Below, piece by piece: positions 11,236 through 21,098 of a stretch of 64,000 bases of DNA; positions within the stretch are counted from its first letter, which is position 1, and every line of letters begins with the position of its first letter. Below the pieces are notes generated by a model that worked only from the letters and a program-made list of their open reading frames with translations, was not told where the DNA came from and searched no databases. The translations under genes were made by a program, and so were the position numbers. This stretch comes from an uncultured Gammaproteobacteria bacterium (GTDB lineage Bacteria; Pseudomonadota; Gammaproteobacteria; DRLM01), in the NCBI GenBank assembly GCA_963729605.1, contig CAVSNY010000007.1, forward strand, positions 672,001 to 736,000, given 5' to 3'.

Positions 11236-12134
11236 GAAGCGCGACCCGGCGCGCGGCGGCGCAGGCTGTCCACCGCGATCTTCACCACGCCATCTTCCCG
11301 CAGATTCACCGCACTGCTCGGCGCCCACGCTAAACCGTATACCACCTCGAAGGTCGCGGGCAGCACGCCGTCGCGGCGGCGGGCCTCGTAGGCGTCGGTC
11401 ATCGCACGCAGCCGTCCCTTGCCGGTGAGGCCGCGCGCGCGGCCGGCGGCGGCATTACGCGCGCCGAGGCTTTTGAGTTCACGCATGAGTTGGTGCGCGT
11501 CCGCGTAGGTGAGCGTGAGCCGTTCGGCGTCCATCACCGGATCGGCGAAGGCGGCGCGCTGCAAGGCGTCGCCGACGTCGTGCATGTCGATGAAGGCGCT
11601 GACGTGCTGCGCCGCGTCGGCCCGCGCCCACGCCTCGCGCAATTCTTTCAACGTGTCGGGGCCGAAGGTGGAGAACAGCAGCAGCCCGCCCGGTTTCAAC
11701 ACGCGGCGGAATTCGCCGAACACGGCGTCGAGGTCGTTGCACCACTGCAAGGTGACATTGGAAAACACCAGATCGGCGCTGCCATTCGCGAGCGGCAGAC
11801 GTTCGGCGTCGCCGCAGACGAAGCGTTGTTTGCCGCGCAAGCGTGCCAGCAGCCCCGCGTGGCGCCGCGCGCTGCGCAGCATATTGGGGGCGAGATCGAG
11901 GGCGATGATCCGCGCGCCGGCGTAACGCTGCGCCAGCGCCTTGCTGAGGTGGCCGGTGCCCGCGCCGACGTCGAGCACGGTGCCAGGCCGCAGACGGATG
12001 TAGTCGAGCCGTTCCAGCAGGCGCGCGCCGACTTCGCGCTGCAATACCGCGACGCGGTCATAACTCGCGGCGGCACGGTCGAAGCTGCCGCGCACGCGGC
12101 GTTTGTCGAGATAGTAAGCGGTGTCATCCGTCAT
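11232..12134 (-). CDS. bioC: Malonyl-ACP O-methyltransferase
   Basis: FDRAAASYD, LDVGAGTG, STFGPDTLKEL. Confidence 0.95.
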   Translation of the reverse strand: MTDDTAYYLDKRRVRGSFDRAAASYDRVAVLQREVGARLLERLDYIRLRPGTVLDVGAGTGHLSKALAQRYAGARIIALDLAPNMLRSARRHAGLLARLRGKQRFVCGDAERLPLANGSADLVFSNVTLQWCNDLDAVFGEFRRVLKPGGLLLFSTFGPDTLKELREAWARADAAQHVSAFIDMHDVGDALQRAAFADPVMDAERLTLTYADAHQLMRELKSLGARNAAAGRARGLTGKGRLRAMTDAYEARRRDGVLPATFEVVYGLAWAPSSAVNLREDGVVKIAVDSLRRRAPGRAS

Positions 12135-12903
12135 GCGGGTGTTCCAAAAAAGTGGTGAGCGTCGCGCGAAATTCGCGCGGGTGCGAAAGAAAGGGCGCGT
12201 GGCCGGCGGCGTCGAGCACGTCGAATCGCAGCGCCGGCAGGTGTTGCCGCATCGCGGCGCCGACGCCCGCGGGCACCAGCATGTCGCGTCCGCCCAGGAT
12301 CAATTGTGTCGGGCGCGAAAGACGGCCGAGCTGGGGGCGCAGATCCGCGCCGCGCAAAATCGCCAAGCCGGCGCGCAGCGCCGGCAACGCCGGCGGCGGG
12401 TGTTGCAGCAGCGCCGCACGCAAGGCGCGCAGCGTCTCGCGCCCCTCGGTGCCGGCGGCGACTTGCAGACTCAGAAAACGCTCGAGCGTAGCGTGATAAT
12501 CCTGCTCCAGGGCGCGGGCGAAACCGGCGAGCACCGCCGCGTCCATGGCGTGCGGCCAATCCGGCGCGGTGATGAAGCGCGGCGAACTCGCCACCAAAAT
12601 CAATTTGTCCACCCGCGCCGGTGCGGTGAGCGTCATTTGCGTCGCGACCATGCCGCCCAGCGACCAGCCCAGCCAGATCGCGCGCGGCGGCGCGGCGGCG
12701 GCCACGGCGTCGGTCACCGTCGCGAGATCGAAGTTTTGTATCAGCGGCGGCGAACGGCCGTGGCCGGGGAGATCGATGAGCGTGACGCGATAACGCGGCG
12801 CCAATTGTTCCGCCAGCGCGGCGAACACGCCGCCATGCAGGCCCCAGCCGTGCAGCAACACCAGGTCGGGCCCGAGTCCGAATTGCTCGGCGTGCAGATT
12901 CAT
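12124..12903 (-). CDS. bioH: Pimeloyl-ACP methyl ester esterase
   Basis: [21 protein letters not shown]. Confidence 0.95.
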   Translation of the reverse strand: MNLHAEQFGLGPDLVLLHGWGLHGGVFAALAEQLAPRYRVTLIDLPGHGRSPPLIQNFDLATVTDAVAAAAPPRAIWLGWSLGGMVATQMTLTAPARVDKLILVASSPRFITAPDWPHAMDAAVLAGFARALEQDYHATLERFLSLQVAAGTEGRETLRALRAALLQHPPPALPALRAGLAILRGADLRPQLGRLSRPTQLILGGRDMLVPAGVGAAMRQHLPALRFDVLDAAGHAPFLSHPREFRATLTTFLEHPHDG

Positions 12904-14717
12904 AATACCGCTTCCAACGCCGCGAGCAGTCGATCGATCTGCGCCTCGCTGTGCGCCGCCGACAGAGTGATGCGGAGGCGCGCGGTGCCGGCCGGCACCG
13001 TCGGCGGGCGGATCGCGGTGACGTAGATGCCGCGCGCGCGGAGGGCCGCGCTCATCGCCAGCGCCCGTTCCGAGTCGCCGACCAGCAGCGGTTGTATCGG
13101 CGTCACGGACGGCAGCAAATTCGCGCCGAGCTGCGCGGCGCCGCGGCGGAAACGCGCGATGAGGGCGTGCAGGTGTTCGCGCCGCCAACTTTCCTCCTGC
13201 GCGAGCCGCAGGCCGGTCAAGGTGGCGTGAGCGACGGCCGGCGGCAGCGCCGTGGTGTAGATGTACGGACGCGCGCGTTGAACGATGTATTCGATCAAAT
13301 CATCACTGCCGGCGACGAAGGCGCCGAAACCGCCGAGGGCCTTGCCGAGGGTGCCGATCAGGATGGGCACCGCCGCGTGATCGAGGCCATAGTGTTCGAC
13401 GCTGCCGCGGCCGTCCGCGCCCACCACGCCGAGGCCGTGGGCGTCGTCCACCATCAGCCAGGCGTCGTGTCGTTGCGCGAGGTCGGCGAGCCGCGGCAGC
13501 GGCGCGAGGTCGCCGTCCATGCTGAAGACGCCGTCGGTGAGGATGAGGGTGGTGGCGGTGTCGGGTTCATCGCCATGTTCCACGCCCTCACCCCCAGCCC
13601 CTCTCCCGCTCGAGGGAGAGGGGGGCGAAAGCCCTTCTCCCGTAAACGGGAGAAGGGATGAGGGTGTAGGTCGATGTCGCGCAAGCTGATTCCAGATCGC
13701 CTCGACTACGGCCTCGGTTTCAGCCAGCACTTGGTCATTCCAGTAGCGCAGTACAGTCAAACCGCGTTCGTGCATGAACGCCGTGCGTTGCTCGTCATAG
13801 GCCTGTTGCGCACTGTGCTGGCCGCCATCCAGCTCGATTACCAGGCCGTGCTCTTCGCAATAGAAGTCGGCGATGTAGTGGCCGATGGGATGCTGGCGGC
13901 GAAACTTCGCGCCGCCGAGACGGCGATCGCGCAGACACTGCCACAACCGTTGCTCGGCGTCGGTGGCGCTGTGCCGGAGGTCGCGGGCGTGTTGCAACAG
14001 ATCGCTCGGTAGGCGTGCCGCGGGTCTTGGGGCAGGCGGGGCGTCGCCGCCCTCATCCCCAACCCCTCTCCCGCTTACGGGAGAAGGGCTTTCGCACCCC
14101 TCTCCCGTAAGCGGGAGAGGGGTGGGCGAGCACACGGCGTCAGTGTCCCATTGGCCTAATCTTTCGCTCCCCTCTCCCGTAAGCGGGAGAGGGGTGGGGG
14201 GTGAGGGTCTCGGCATGTGCCGCGAATTTTTTTGGACGCCCAATCGCCGCGCCAAGTCGTCCACGTCATTGTGAGCGTAACGCCGCAGTCGCGCGCCGGA
14301 GAGGAGTCCCGCGTCCAATAACGACGCGTGGTTGAGCCGGTCCTCGAATACCGCATCGCCGCGCCCCGCCAGCGCGGCGACCACGCCGAGATTGGCCATG
14401 TAGCCGGTGGAAAACAACAGGGCGCGTGGCCGTTGGGTGAACGCCGCCAGCGCTTCTTCCAATTCGTGATGCGGCCGCTGATGGCCGGTGACGAGGTGTG
14501 AGGCGCCGCTGCCGACGCCGTATTTATCCGCCCCTTCCTTCAGCGCGGCGATCATTCGCGGATGATTGGCGAGGCCGAGGTAATCGTTGCTGCAAAACGA
14601 GAGATACGGCGTGCCGTCGATCACGATCTCCGCGCCTTGCGGCGTTTCCATCACGGCGCGGCGCCGATATTGGTGGCGCGTCCGTATTGCCGCGAGCGCA
14701 GCGGCGAGGTCTTTCAT
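12900..14717 (-). CDS. bioF: 8-amino-7-oxononanoate synthase with in-frame DUF559/repeat insertion
   Basis: [35 protein letters not shown] and IRPPTVP are all intact; 605 aa versus the usual ~385. Confidence 0.95.
   Translation of the reverse strand: MKDLAAALAAIRTRHQYRRRAVMETPQGAEIVIDGTPYLSFCSNDYLGLANHPRMIAALKEGADKYGVGSGASHLVTGHQRPHHELEEALAAFTQRPRALLFSTGYMANLGVVAALAGRGDAVFEDRLNHASLLDAGLLSGARLRRYAHNDVDDLARRLGVQKNSRHMPRPSPPTPLPLTGEGSERLGQWDTDAVCSPTPLPLTGEGCESPSPVSGRGVGDEGGDAPPAPRPAARLPSDLLQHARDLRHSATDAEQRLWQCLRDRRLGGAKFRRQHPIGHYIADFYCEEHGLVIELDGGQHSAQQAYDEQRTAFMHERGLTVLRYWNDQVLAETEAVVEAIWNQLARHRPTPSSLLPFTGEGLSPPSPSSGRGAGGEGVEHGDEPDTATTLILTDGVFSMDGDLAPLPRLADLAQRHDAWLMVDDAHGLGVVGADGRGSVEHYGLDHAAVPILIGTLGKALGGFGAFVAGSDDLIEYIVQRARPYIYTTALPPAVAHATLTGLRLAQEESWRREHLHALIARFRRGAAQLGANLLPSVTPIQPLLVGDSERALAMSAALRARGIYVTAIRPPTVPAGTARLRITLSAAHSEAQIDRLLAALEAVL
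13585..13664. repeat. Two palindromic family-A repeat units in inverted arrangement
   Basis: CCCCTCTCCCgctcgaGGGAGAGGGG and CCCTTCTCCCGtaaaCGGGAGAAGGG. Confidence 0.9.
14050..14207. repeat. Three palindromic family-A repeat units
   Basis: CCCCTCTCCCGcttaCGGGAGAAGGG plus two copies of CCCCTCTCCCGtaagCGGGAGAGGGG. Confidence 0.9.
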
Positions 14718-14994
14718 GACGGCGCACCCGGAGGCATGAAAGCGGGCATAGCGATTTCCACGTGAGAGATATCGCTCAACATGCGCGACGCCGGTCCTTC
14801 TTCGCAGTGCAGGAAATGCAGCGGAGACCCAAGCGAATGACTGGGTGGGCTTGCACGTTCTCCGAGGCTCTCATAGCGCGCACCAAAACGTGCGTATCCG
14901 CGTGCGGCGCGTTCGAACAGGATTCCCACGAACGGAAGAAGCGGCATGTGTAGCGATGCGCTGCCGAACAATTTTATATTCGCGGGAACGCTGG

Positions 14995-16038
14995 TTACGC
15001 CGTCGCCGATATCACCGCGGGTGTGTCCGCCGCGCGCCGCTGCTGGGTGTCGCCGCGTGCGCGCACTTTGAGGTCGTCGAGCATCTTGAGGTCGTCGCTC
15101 ACTTGGCGGCCCTTGGTGGTGAGGTAGTCGCCGATCATCACACCGGAAGCGCCGGCGAAGAAGATCATCGCCTGCAAGTCGCGCAGGAAGTGGCGGCCGC
15201 CGGCGATGCGGATCTCGGCGCGCGGCAGCATATAGCGGAACACCGCGATCATGTGCAGGATTTCGAGCGGCTGCATCGGCTGTTGTTTGGCCATGGGCGT
15301 GCCGTCGATGGGATTCAAGAAATTGAGCGGCACCGATTCGACATTCAAATTGCGCAGCGTCTCGGCGAGCTCGATGCGCTGGTCGAGCGACTCGCCCATG
15401 CCGAGGATGCCGCCGGCGCACACGCGCAGGCCCGCGTTCACGGCGTGGCGGATGGTGTCGATGTTTTCCTGGTAGGTGTGGGTGGTGCAGACGTTGTGGA
15501 AAAAGCTCTCGGCGGTTTCGAGGTTGTGGTGATAGTTCTCCATGCCCATCGCCTTCAGCATCTCGGCGCTTTCCTGGTCGAGGGCGCCCAGGCTGGCGCA
15601 GCGGCCGATGTCCGAGTGTTTTTTGAGTTCGCCGAAATATTCGCGCAATTGCTCGCGCTCTTTGGCGCCGCGCACGCCCCAGCCCTTCGACACCACGCCG
15701 AAGTCGCTGGCGCCCCATTCGCGCGCGCGATGGGCCTGTTCCACCAGTTGTTCGGCGGGGATGTAATTGTATTTGGGCGCGGCGGTTTTGTGATGGCCGC
15801 TCTGGCCGCAGAAGGAACAGTTCTCCGAACAATTGCCCGAGCGCACGTTGGAGATGGCGCAGACTTCCACCTCGTCGCCGCGAAAGGTCTTGCGCAGGCG
15901 GTCGGCGCCGGCCATCAGCCAGGGCAGGTAATCATGGTCGAGGCGGATCAGCCAGCGGCCTTCGTCGGCGGTCATGTCGCCGCCCGCCAGGATGCGCTGG
16001 GTGATGCCGTCGATGCGTTGATAAATAGAGTTGTCCAT
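14995..16038 (-). CDS. bioB: Biotin synthase
   Basis: Radical SAM CSENCSFC, YHHNLET, VPLNFLNPIDGTP; first gene of bioBFHCD. Confidence 0.95.
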   Translation of the reverse strand: MDNSIYQRIDGITQRILAGGDMTADEGRWLIRLDHDYLPWLMAGADRLRKTFRGDEVEVCAISNVRSGNCSENCSFCGQSGHHKTAAPKYNYIPAEQLVEQAHRAREWGASDFGVVSKGWGVRGAKEREQLREYFGELKKHSDIGRCASLGALDQESAEMLKAMGMENYHHNLETAESFFHNVCTTHTYQENIDTIRHAVNAGLRVCAGGILGMGESLDQRIELAETLRNLNVESVPLNFLNPIDGTPMAKQQPMQPLEILHMIAVFRYMLPRAEIRIAGGRHFLRDLQAMIFFAGASGVMIGDYLTTKGRQVSDDLKMLDDLKVRARGDTQQRRAADTPAVISATA

Positions 16039-16146
16039 GGCGAGTCTTCCGCTTGATGTCGAGGGTCGTTCCCTTGCCGGGCAAGGGCGTTTATGATGGC
16101 TGCGTTCCCGCGAGTAGGGGGTGTCCGGCCCTAACTGCCTGCAAGC

Positions 16147-16911
16147 ATGTCTAAACCCGATGAATATAATCGCTTAATCCCGCCTGTCAACCGAATCTTG
16201 CTCAGCAAGGTTAACCGATGGATTAAAAACGCGCAGGACTGGCTGATGCCCGCCCAGTGTGTATTGTGCGGCGGCGCCGGTGAAGACGGCCGCAATCTCT
16301 GCGCGGCCTGCCGGGACGATTTACCCGCGATGGGGCCGGCCTGCCGGTCATGCGCGTTACCGCTGCCGGTGGCCGGGTTATGCGGGATTTGCCAGCGCCG
16401 TCCCCGGCCGTTCGCCGCGGCGGTCGCCGCCTTTCGTTATCAGCCGCCGTTGGATAATTTGATACAGCGCCTCAAATTCCAGGATGACATCCGTTTGGCC
16501 GGTTTGTTGGGGGAGTTGACGGCGGAAGGTCTGTGCGCCCGGTTTGCGACGCCGCCGCCGGTGGATGTGATGATGCCGGTGCCCCTGCACGCGGCGCGAT
16601 TGCGCGAGCGGGGTTTCAATCAGGCCTTGGAATTGGCCCGCCCCCTGGCGCGGCGTTTGAATTTGCCCTTGGATACCCGTTGCGCCGAGCGGGTCCGCGC
16701 CACCGTGCCGCAGAGCGAACTGCCCGCCAAACTGCGCCGGCGCAATATCAAAGGCGCGTTCCGGGTGACGCCGGCGGTGGCCGGGCGACGGGTGGCGGTG
16801 GTGGACGATGTGATGACCACCGGCCACACCGTGAGTGAATTCGCCGCGACGCTGCGCCGCGCCGGCGCGGCCTCGGTGACGGTGTGGCTGTGCGCGCGGG
16901 TTCCGCTATAA
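16147..16911 (+). CDS. comF: ComF/GntX-family protein (start uncertain, possibly 16246)
   Basis: CxxC zinc motifs, RERGFNQA, VVDDVMTTG; divergent from bioB. Confidence 0.9.
   Translation: MSKPDEYNRLIPPVNRILLSKVNRWIKNAQDWLMPAQCVLCGGAGEDGRNLCAACRDDLPAMGPACRSCALPLPVAGLCGICQRRPRPFAAAVAAFRYQPPLDNLIQRLKFQDDIRLAGLLGELTAEGLCARFATPPPVDVMMPVPLHAARLRERGFNQALELARPLARRLNLPLDTRCAERVRATVPQSELPAKLRRRNIKGAFRVTPAVAGRRVAVVDDVMTTGHTVSEFAATLRRAGAASVTVWLCARVPL
16185..16216. promoter_or_regulatory. BirA biotin operator
   Basis: TGTCAACC-N16-GGTTAACC upstream of bioB, resembling TGTAAACC-N16-GGTTTACA. Confidence 0.75.
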
Positions 16912-17040
16912 ACGGACGGGTTTTTGGCGAGAGTAGGCCTGTGTTAACATCGAGTCCTCCATTTCGGGGCGGCGGTGATGAGGCCGCGTCCCCGTGTCTG
17001 ACCGGCGTTAAACCACTTTAAAATTCCCAAGGAGTCTTGC

Positions 17041-17604
17041 ATGTCATTACGACCGCTTATTGCTGTGTTTTTATTGGCCGGGAGCGTCCCGGCGATGGCC
17101 CAGACTTTCGACATCAGCCTGAGTGACGACTCGGCTAAATTGATGTATGTCGCGCCGATGGGCCAGCAGGGTTTCGGCCGCGGCGAGTTCGACGGCACGC
17201 TGCTGTTCACCGATGACGACAACATCCTGGGTGCGGTAGGGTTTGGTGTGATGGGCGAGGCGGGCAGCGGTTCGCCCGGTCTCAACGCCGGGGTGGGCGT
17301 GCGGCTCTATGGCGTCAATACCGACAGCAGCGATGTGACCGCCTTGACCTTGGGCGGACAGATCCGCTTTTCACCGCCCGCGCTGTCGCGTCTGCGGATC
17401 GCCGGCTCGTTCAATTTCGCGCCGAGCATCGTCACGTTTATGGACGGCGACCGGTTTTTGGACACCGGCGTGTCGGTGGGTTATGAAATCTTTCAGGATG
17501 CCGTGGCCTACGTCGGCTACCGGCGTATCCGCGCCGACATCGAAAACGGGCCCGACCTGATCGTGGATAAAGGCGCCCATATCGGCATCAATCTCCAGTT
17601 CTAA
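17041..17604 (+). CDS. YfaZ-like outer-membrane beta-barrel protein
   Basis: Signal peptide, AYVGYR, amphipathic strands, C-terminal Phe. Confidence 0.75.
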   Translation: MSLRPLIAVFLLAGSVPAMAQTFDISLSDDSAKLMYVAPMGQQGFGRGEFDGTLLFTDDDNILGAVGFGVMGEAGSGSPGLNAGVGVRLYGVNTDSSDVTALTLGGQIRFSPPALSRLRIAGSFNFAPSIVTFMDGDRFLDTGVSVGYEIFQDAVAYVGYRRIRADIENGPDLIVDKGAHIGINLQF

Positions 17605-17612
17605 GACCGCCT

Positions 17613-17639
17613 TAAGCGGCGGCGGTCGCGGGCCGCTAT
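17613..17639 (+). promoter_or_regulatory. Putative sigma28 (FliA) promoter
   Basis: TAAG-N15-GCCGCTAT versus consensus TAAA-N15-GCCGATAA. Confidence 0.4.
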
Positions 17640-17685
17640 ACTCGACTTAGAGAGAAGGAACTCGCTAAGAGACGAATACGGCCCC

Positions 17686-18048
17686 ATGCAAATCGTTAAA
17701 ACAGGTCAGGACTACTCCGGCGCGCTCCGGCCTCCGGTCTCCTCCGTCCGCGGGGAGGCCGGAGCGCGGTCCGCCGCCGCGGATGCCGCGGCGAATTCGC
17801 GGCCCGGCGCCGCGCCGCCCGTCGAGCGGGTGGTGGAGGGGGAGTGGCTCAAGGGCCGCACCGGGACGGCGAACGATTTCTTCGAACGGATTTGGCGGCA
17901 TCGCAGCAGCGAGGCCGGGAACGCGTCCTCGCGGGAATCCGCCTCGCCCTACGAAACCCAACGCGCCATCAACGCCTATCTCGCGCAGGCGACTCAGTTT
18001 GAACGGCCGGCATCGGCCGCGGTTTCCACGGTGGATTATTACGCTTAA
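17686..18048 (+). CDS. Hypothetical protein
   Basis: 120-aa ORF filling the gap in the expected orientation, ends VDYYA. Confidence 0.6.
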   Translation: MQIVKTGQDYSGALRPPVSSVRGEAGARSAAADAAANSRPGAAPPVERVVEGEWLKGRTGTANDFFERIWRHRSSEAGNASSRESASPYETQRAINAYLAQATQFERPASAAVSTVDYYA

Positions 18049-18136
18049 GGGATTTTGAAACCCCTGTTTCCTTGCGCCGTGGCCGTTCCTTTTCGCTTTA
18101 TTCCCCGTCGCGTCTTATCCTGTTAAAGTCGAAGCC

Positions 18137-18622
18137 ATGGACAAAAACGACGCGGAACGGCTGTGCCGTTTGATCGATTCCCAGCGCTGGGCCGCTTTGG
18201 CCTCCACCCAAGACGACGGCGCCCCGTATGTTTCCTTCGTCGCCTACGCACCGGAGCCCGGTTTAACGACGGTGTTGTTGCACGTCAGCCGCCTGTCGGC
18301 CCACACCGGTTATATTCTGGCGCGGCCGCGGATCGCCTTGGGCATCAGCGCGCCGGACAACGGGCTGGATGATCCGCAGATCTTGCCGCGGGTCACGCTG
18401 GAAGGGAGGGTGGAGCCCATCGCCCGGGATGCGCCGGATTACGGCCCGGCGCGGACTGCGTATCTCGCGAAACTCCCCAGCGCGGAACAACTGTTCGGTT
18501 TCGGCGATTTCGTCTTGCTGCGTTTAACGGTGGAAACTCTGCGTTATGTCGGCGGTTTCGGCCGGGCGTTTACCGTGAGTGCCGGGCGCTTGCGGCAATG
18601 GGCGGGGGATTTGGGCTTATGA
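18137..18622 (+). CDS. Pyridoxamine 5'-phosphate oxidase / HugZ-like split-barrel protein
   Basis: PYVSFV, SRLSAHT, RVTLEG, FGDF, YVGGFGRA. Confidence 0.85.
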   Translation: MDKNDAERLCRLIDSQRWAALASTQDDGAPYVSFVAYAPEPGLTTVLLHVSRLSAHTGYILARPRIALGISAPDNGLDDPQILPRVTLEGRVEPIARDAPDYGPARTAYLAKLPSAEQLFGFGDFVLLRLTVETLRYVGGFGRAFTVSAGRLRQWAGDLGL

Positions 18623-18673
18623 AATTGAGGGGTGCGCCGGCGGTGCGCGCGGATATCGAGGCCGAAATGGCGT

Positions 18674-18823
18674 TTAATCAAACTGTCCCATGACGCAGGG
18701 TTTGATCACGAGGCTCAACAATATTCCCAGGATGTAGTCCTTGTAGGCGTATAACGAACCCATGGACTCCGGGGTGTGCATGATCAACACCATTGTCAGT
18801 ACCAGCAAACTCATTCGCAACAT
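18674..18823 (-). CDS. 49-aa small hydrophobic protein
   Basis: Translated by hand: MLRMSLLVLTMVLIMHTPESMGSLYAYKDYILGILLSLVIKPCVMGQFD, GAGGA RBS. Confidence 0.5.
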   Translation of the reverse strand: MLRMSLLVLTMVLIMHTPESMGSLYAYKDYILGILLSLVIKPCVMGQFD

Positions 18824-18968
18824 GACCACTTCCTCGATCGACGCGCCCTTGGTGCGTCCCGCGCTTTAGACAGATAATGGCCGCGGAGGGCCCGTCATGC
18901 CGTTACCCGCTTAACAGGCGCGGCGTGACGTAACACACAGATCGGCAATAAAGCGGAAAATTCAAGGT

Positions 18969-19976
18969 ATGAACGAGCCAACGGCCGCGTCGGTGGTGCA
19001 GGTGGCGGCGGCGGTGATCGTGGACGGCGGCGGCCGGGTGTTACTGGCGCGCCGCGCGCCCCATCGTCATCAAGGCGGATTATGGGAATTTCCCGGCGGC
19101 AAGATCGAACCCCATGAGACGGCCCGCGCCGCCTTGGCCCGCGAGCTGTACGAAGAAGTGGGCATCGTCGTCGAATCGGCGCGGCCACTGATCCGCCTGC
19201 GCCACGCCTATCCCGGCAAGACCGTGTTGCTGGATGTGTGGCGGGTGACGGCGTTTCACGGCGAGCCGCATGGCCGCGAGGGTCAGCCGGTCGAGTGGGT
19301 GGCGGTGGAGGAATTGACCGCGCGGGACTTTCCCGCCGCCAATCCGCCCATCATCACCGCGGCGCGTCTGCCGCCGGTGTATCTCGTCACGCCCGAGCCG
19401 TCGGAAGACGATGTGTTTTGGGCCCGCTTGGAGGCCGCCTTGGAGGCGGGGGTGCGTCTCGTGCAATTTCGCGCCAAGCAACTCGATGCGCAAAGCCAAC
19501 GGCGGTTGGCGCGGCGGGCGGCTGAATTATGCCGCGCGGCGGGCGCGCGTTTATTGTTGAACGCGCCGCCGGCCTGGGCAGAAGAACTGGGCGCGGCCGG
19601 CGTGCATCTCACCAGCGCCCGTTTGTGCGCATTGGCCGAGCGGCCCTTGGGGCGTGAATATTGGGTGGCGGCGTCCTGCCACACGCAAGAGGAATTGCGG
19701 CATGCCCAGGCTATCGGGGTGGACTTCGCGGTGGTCGCGCCGGTATTGCCTACCGCCAGCCATCCCGCCGCGCCGCCGCTGGGCTGGTCCGGATTGCGCG
19801 ACTTGACCGAGGCGGCGGTCATGCCGGTGTACGCCTTGGGCGGGATGTCGCTGGATGCCGCGCCGGTGGCGTTTGAGCATGGTGCGCAGGGCATCGCCGC
19901 CATTTCTTCTTTATGGGCGGCCGCGGAGGATCCCGTCACGCTGGCGGCGCGGCTGCGTCAATTGGAGTCCGATTAG
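18969..19976 (+). CDS. MutT Nudix hydrolase fused to a thiamine-phosphate-synthase-like domain
   Basis: WEFPGGKIE...RELYEEVG Nudix box; C-terminal GVHL, ASCH, PVLPTASH, YALGG. Confidence 0.92.
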   Translation: MNEPTAASVVQVAAAVIVDGGGRVLLARRAPHRHQGGLWEFPGGKIEPHETARAALARELYEEVGIVVESARPLIRLRHAYPGKTVLLDVWRVTAFHGEPHGREGQPVEWVAVEELTARDFPAANPPIITAARLPPVYLVTPEPSEDDVFWARLEAALEAGVRLVQFRAKQLDAQSQRRLARRAAELCRAAGARLLLNAPPAWAEELGAAGVHLTSARLCALAERPLGREYWVAASCHTQEELRHAQAIGVDFAVVAPVLPTASHPAAPPLGWSGLRDLTEAAVMPVYALGGMSLDAAPVAFEHGAQGIAAISSLWAAAEDPVTLAARLRQLESD

Positions 19977-20004
19977 TGGGGTGCGCCAGTCTTCGTGGCG
20001 CTTA

Positions 20005-20120
20005 TCCCTTCATCGGTCGAGGAGGGGTGGCGCCGCGGGCGACGGGGTGGTGATTCAACGGCGTAGTGAACTGGTACACCGTGAATCAACCACCCTGCCC
20101 CTGCTTGTACAAGGAGGGAG
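20005..20120. repeat. Degenerate family-B palindromic repeat pair
   Basis: ...gaggaggggtggcg...cggggtggtgattca / tgaatcaaccaccctg...aaggagggag, similar to the units at 55128-55439. Confidence 0.6.
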
Positions 20121-20151
20121 ATTTCTGTTCCTGAATTTACGGCGCACCGCA

Positions 20152-20328
20152 CTACCTGGCGGGCGGGGCGTCATTCGGCGGTTCGGCGTCGTCGCCCGCG
20201 ATGCGGTGTTCTTCATTGGCCCACTGGCCCAAATCGATCAGGCGGCAGCGTTCGCTGCAAAACGGCCGCCAGCGCTGGCGCTCGCTCCATTCCACTTTTT
20301 TGCCGCAGTGCGGGCACGCCACTTCCAT
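20152..20328 (-). CDS. yacG: DNA gyrase inhibitor YacG
   Basis: CPHCGK...[16 protein letters not shown]. Confidence 0.93.
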   Translation of the reverse strand: MEVACPHCGKKVEWSERQRWRPFCSERCRLIDLGQWANEEHRIAGDDAEPPNDAPPAR

Positions 20329-20330
20329 GG

Positions 20331-21098
20331 TCAGATCAAGCAGCAGGTGAGTTCGAAGTGTACGTCTTGGGTGGTTTGCACCGCGTGGCCGTCGGGCAGG
20401 GGCTCCATGAAGCGCACCGTGAAACGATGGCGGCCGCCGCTGACCTCGGCGTAATAAGGCGCGTCCGCCGCCACGGCGACCCGCACCAATTGGCAGGGAC
20501 AGGTGGCGTCGAGCATTTTTTGAAAGAAGCCGCCATGGGCGATTTCCGGCACGGGGTTGGCGCTGCCGCGCACCAGACGCAGGATCAGGGAAATGGATAA
20601 GCGGATCGGTTCGAAGACGGTGATCCAGTTGTGCAGATCGGCGATGCGCTTGGGCAAGGGCCGTTGCAGCCAGAAATGGTAGCCGGGCAGGTCGAAGTCG
20701 CAGGTGCCGCCGGGGATGCTGACCCGTTGTTTGACGCTGTTGAGAAATTCGTTCTGCCGCAATTCCTGGCCGACCTGGCCGTGCATGGCATGCATGCGGT
20801 CCACCAGCATATCGAATTCGTCGAGCAGTTCGACCAGGCGCGCGCGATCGACGCCGGGGGCGTTTTCCAGGGCGGCGAGGGCGTTCATCTGCCGTTCCAG
20901 TTCTTTCATCACCTCGGTCTTGAGGTCGGCGCGGTTGAAGATGGTGAGGATGTCGAGCAGGCTGACCAGCGCGTTGCGGCTGTCCCACAGCGAGGCGCCT
21001 TCGAGACGGGCGAAGAATTCCTTGAACAGATGTTCCAGCCGCAGAAAGGTCCGGACTCGTTCGTTCAGCGGTTGTTCGTAGATGACTTTTGCTTGCAC
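20331..21098 (-). CDS. zapD: Cell division protein ZapD
   Basis: [27 protein letters not shown]; GTG start assumed. Confidence 0.93.
   Translation of the reverse strand: MQAKVIYEQPLNERVRTFLRLEHLFKEFFARLEGASLWDSRNALVSLLDILTIFNRADLKTEVMKELERQMNALAALENAPGVDRARLVELLDEFDMLVDRMHAMHGQVGQELRQNEFLNSVKQRVSIPGGTCDFDLPGYHFWLQRPLPKRIADLHNWITVFEPIRLSISLILRLVRGSANPVPEIAHGGFFQKMLDATCPCQLVRVAVAADAPYYAEVSGGRHRFTVRFMEPLPDGHAVQTTQDVHFELTCCLI

Larger units (their letters stand above)
13585..14207 (-). mobile_element. DUF559 endonuclease cassette bounded by 39-bp inverted repeats, inside bioF
   Basis: [16 protein letters not shown]...[17 protein letters not shown]...VIELDGGQH...DEQRT...GLTVLRYWN (~13680-14012). 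Ends 13585-13623 and 14169-14207 match 34/39 as inverted repeats by hand alignment. Mobility itself is inferred. Confidence 0.75.

Noticed and set aside
13566-14237. Intein or group I/II intron explanation for the bioF insert
   Set aside because: No HINT motifs (no N-terminal Cys/Ser block, no terminal His-Asn before Cys/Ser/Thr) and no recognisable intron core; the insert is mostly nuclease plus short hairpins.
14718-14994. 63-aa ORF or element in the bioB-bioF spacer
   Set aside because: No motif, RBS or clear terminal repeats could be supported.
10555-16038. Absence of bioA from the biotin operon
   Set aside because: bioBFHCD with bioA elsewhere is the normal Pseudomonas-type arrangement.
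18969-19976. Nudix-ThiE fusion as a novelty
   Set aside because: A well-known fusion in beta- and gammaproteobacteria.
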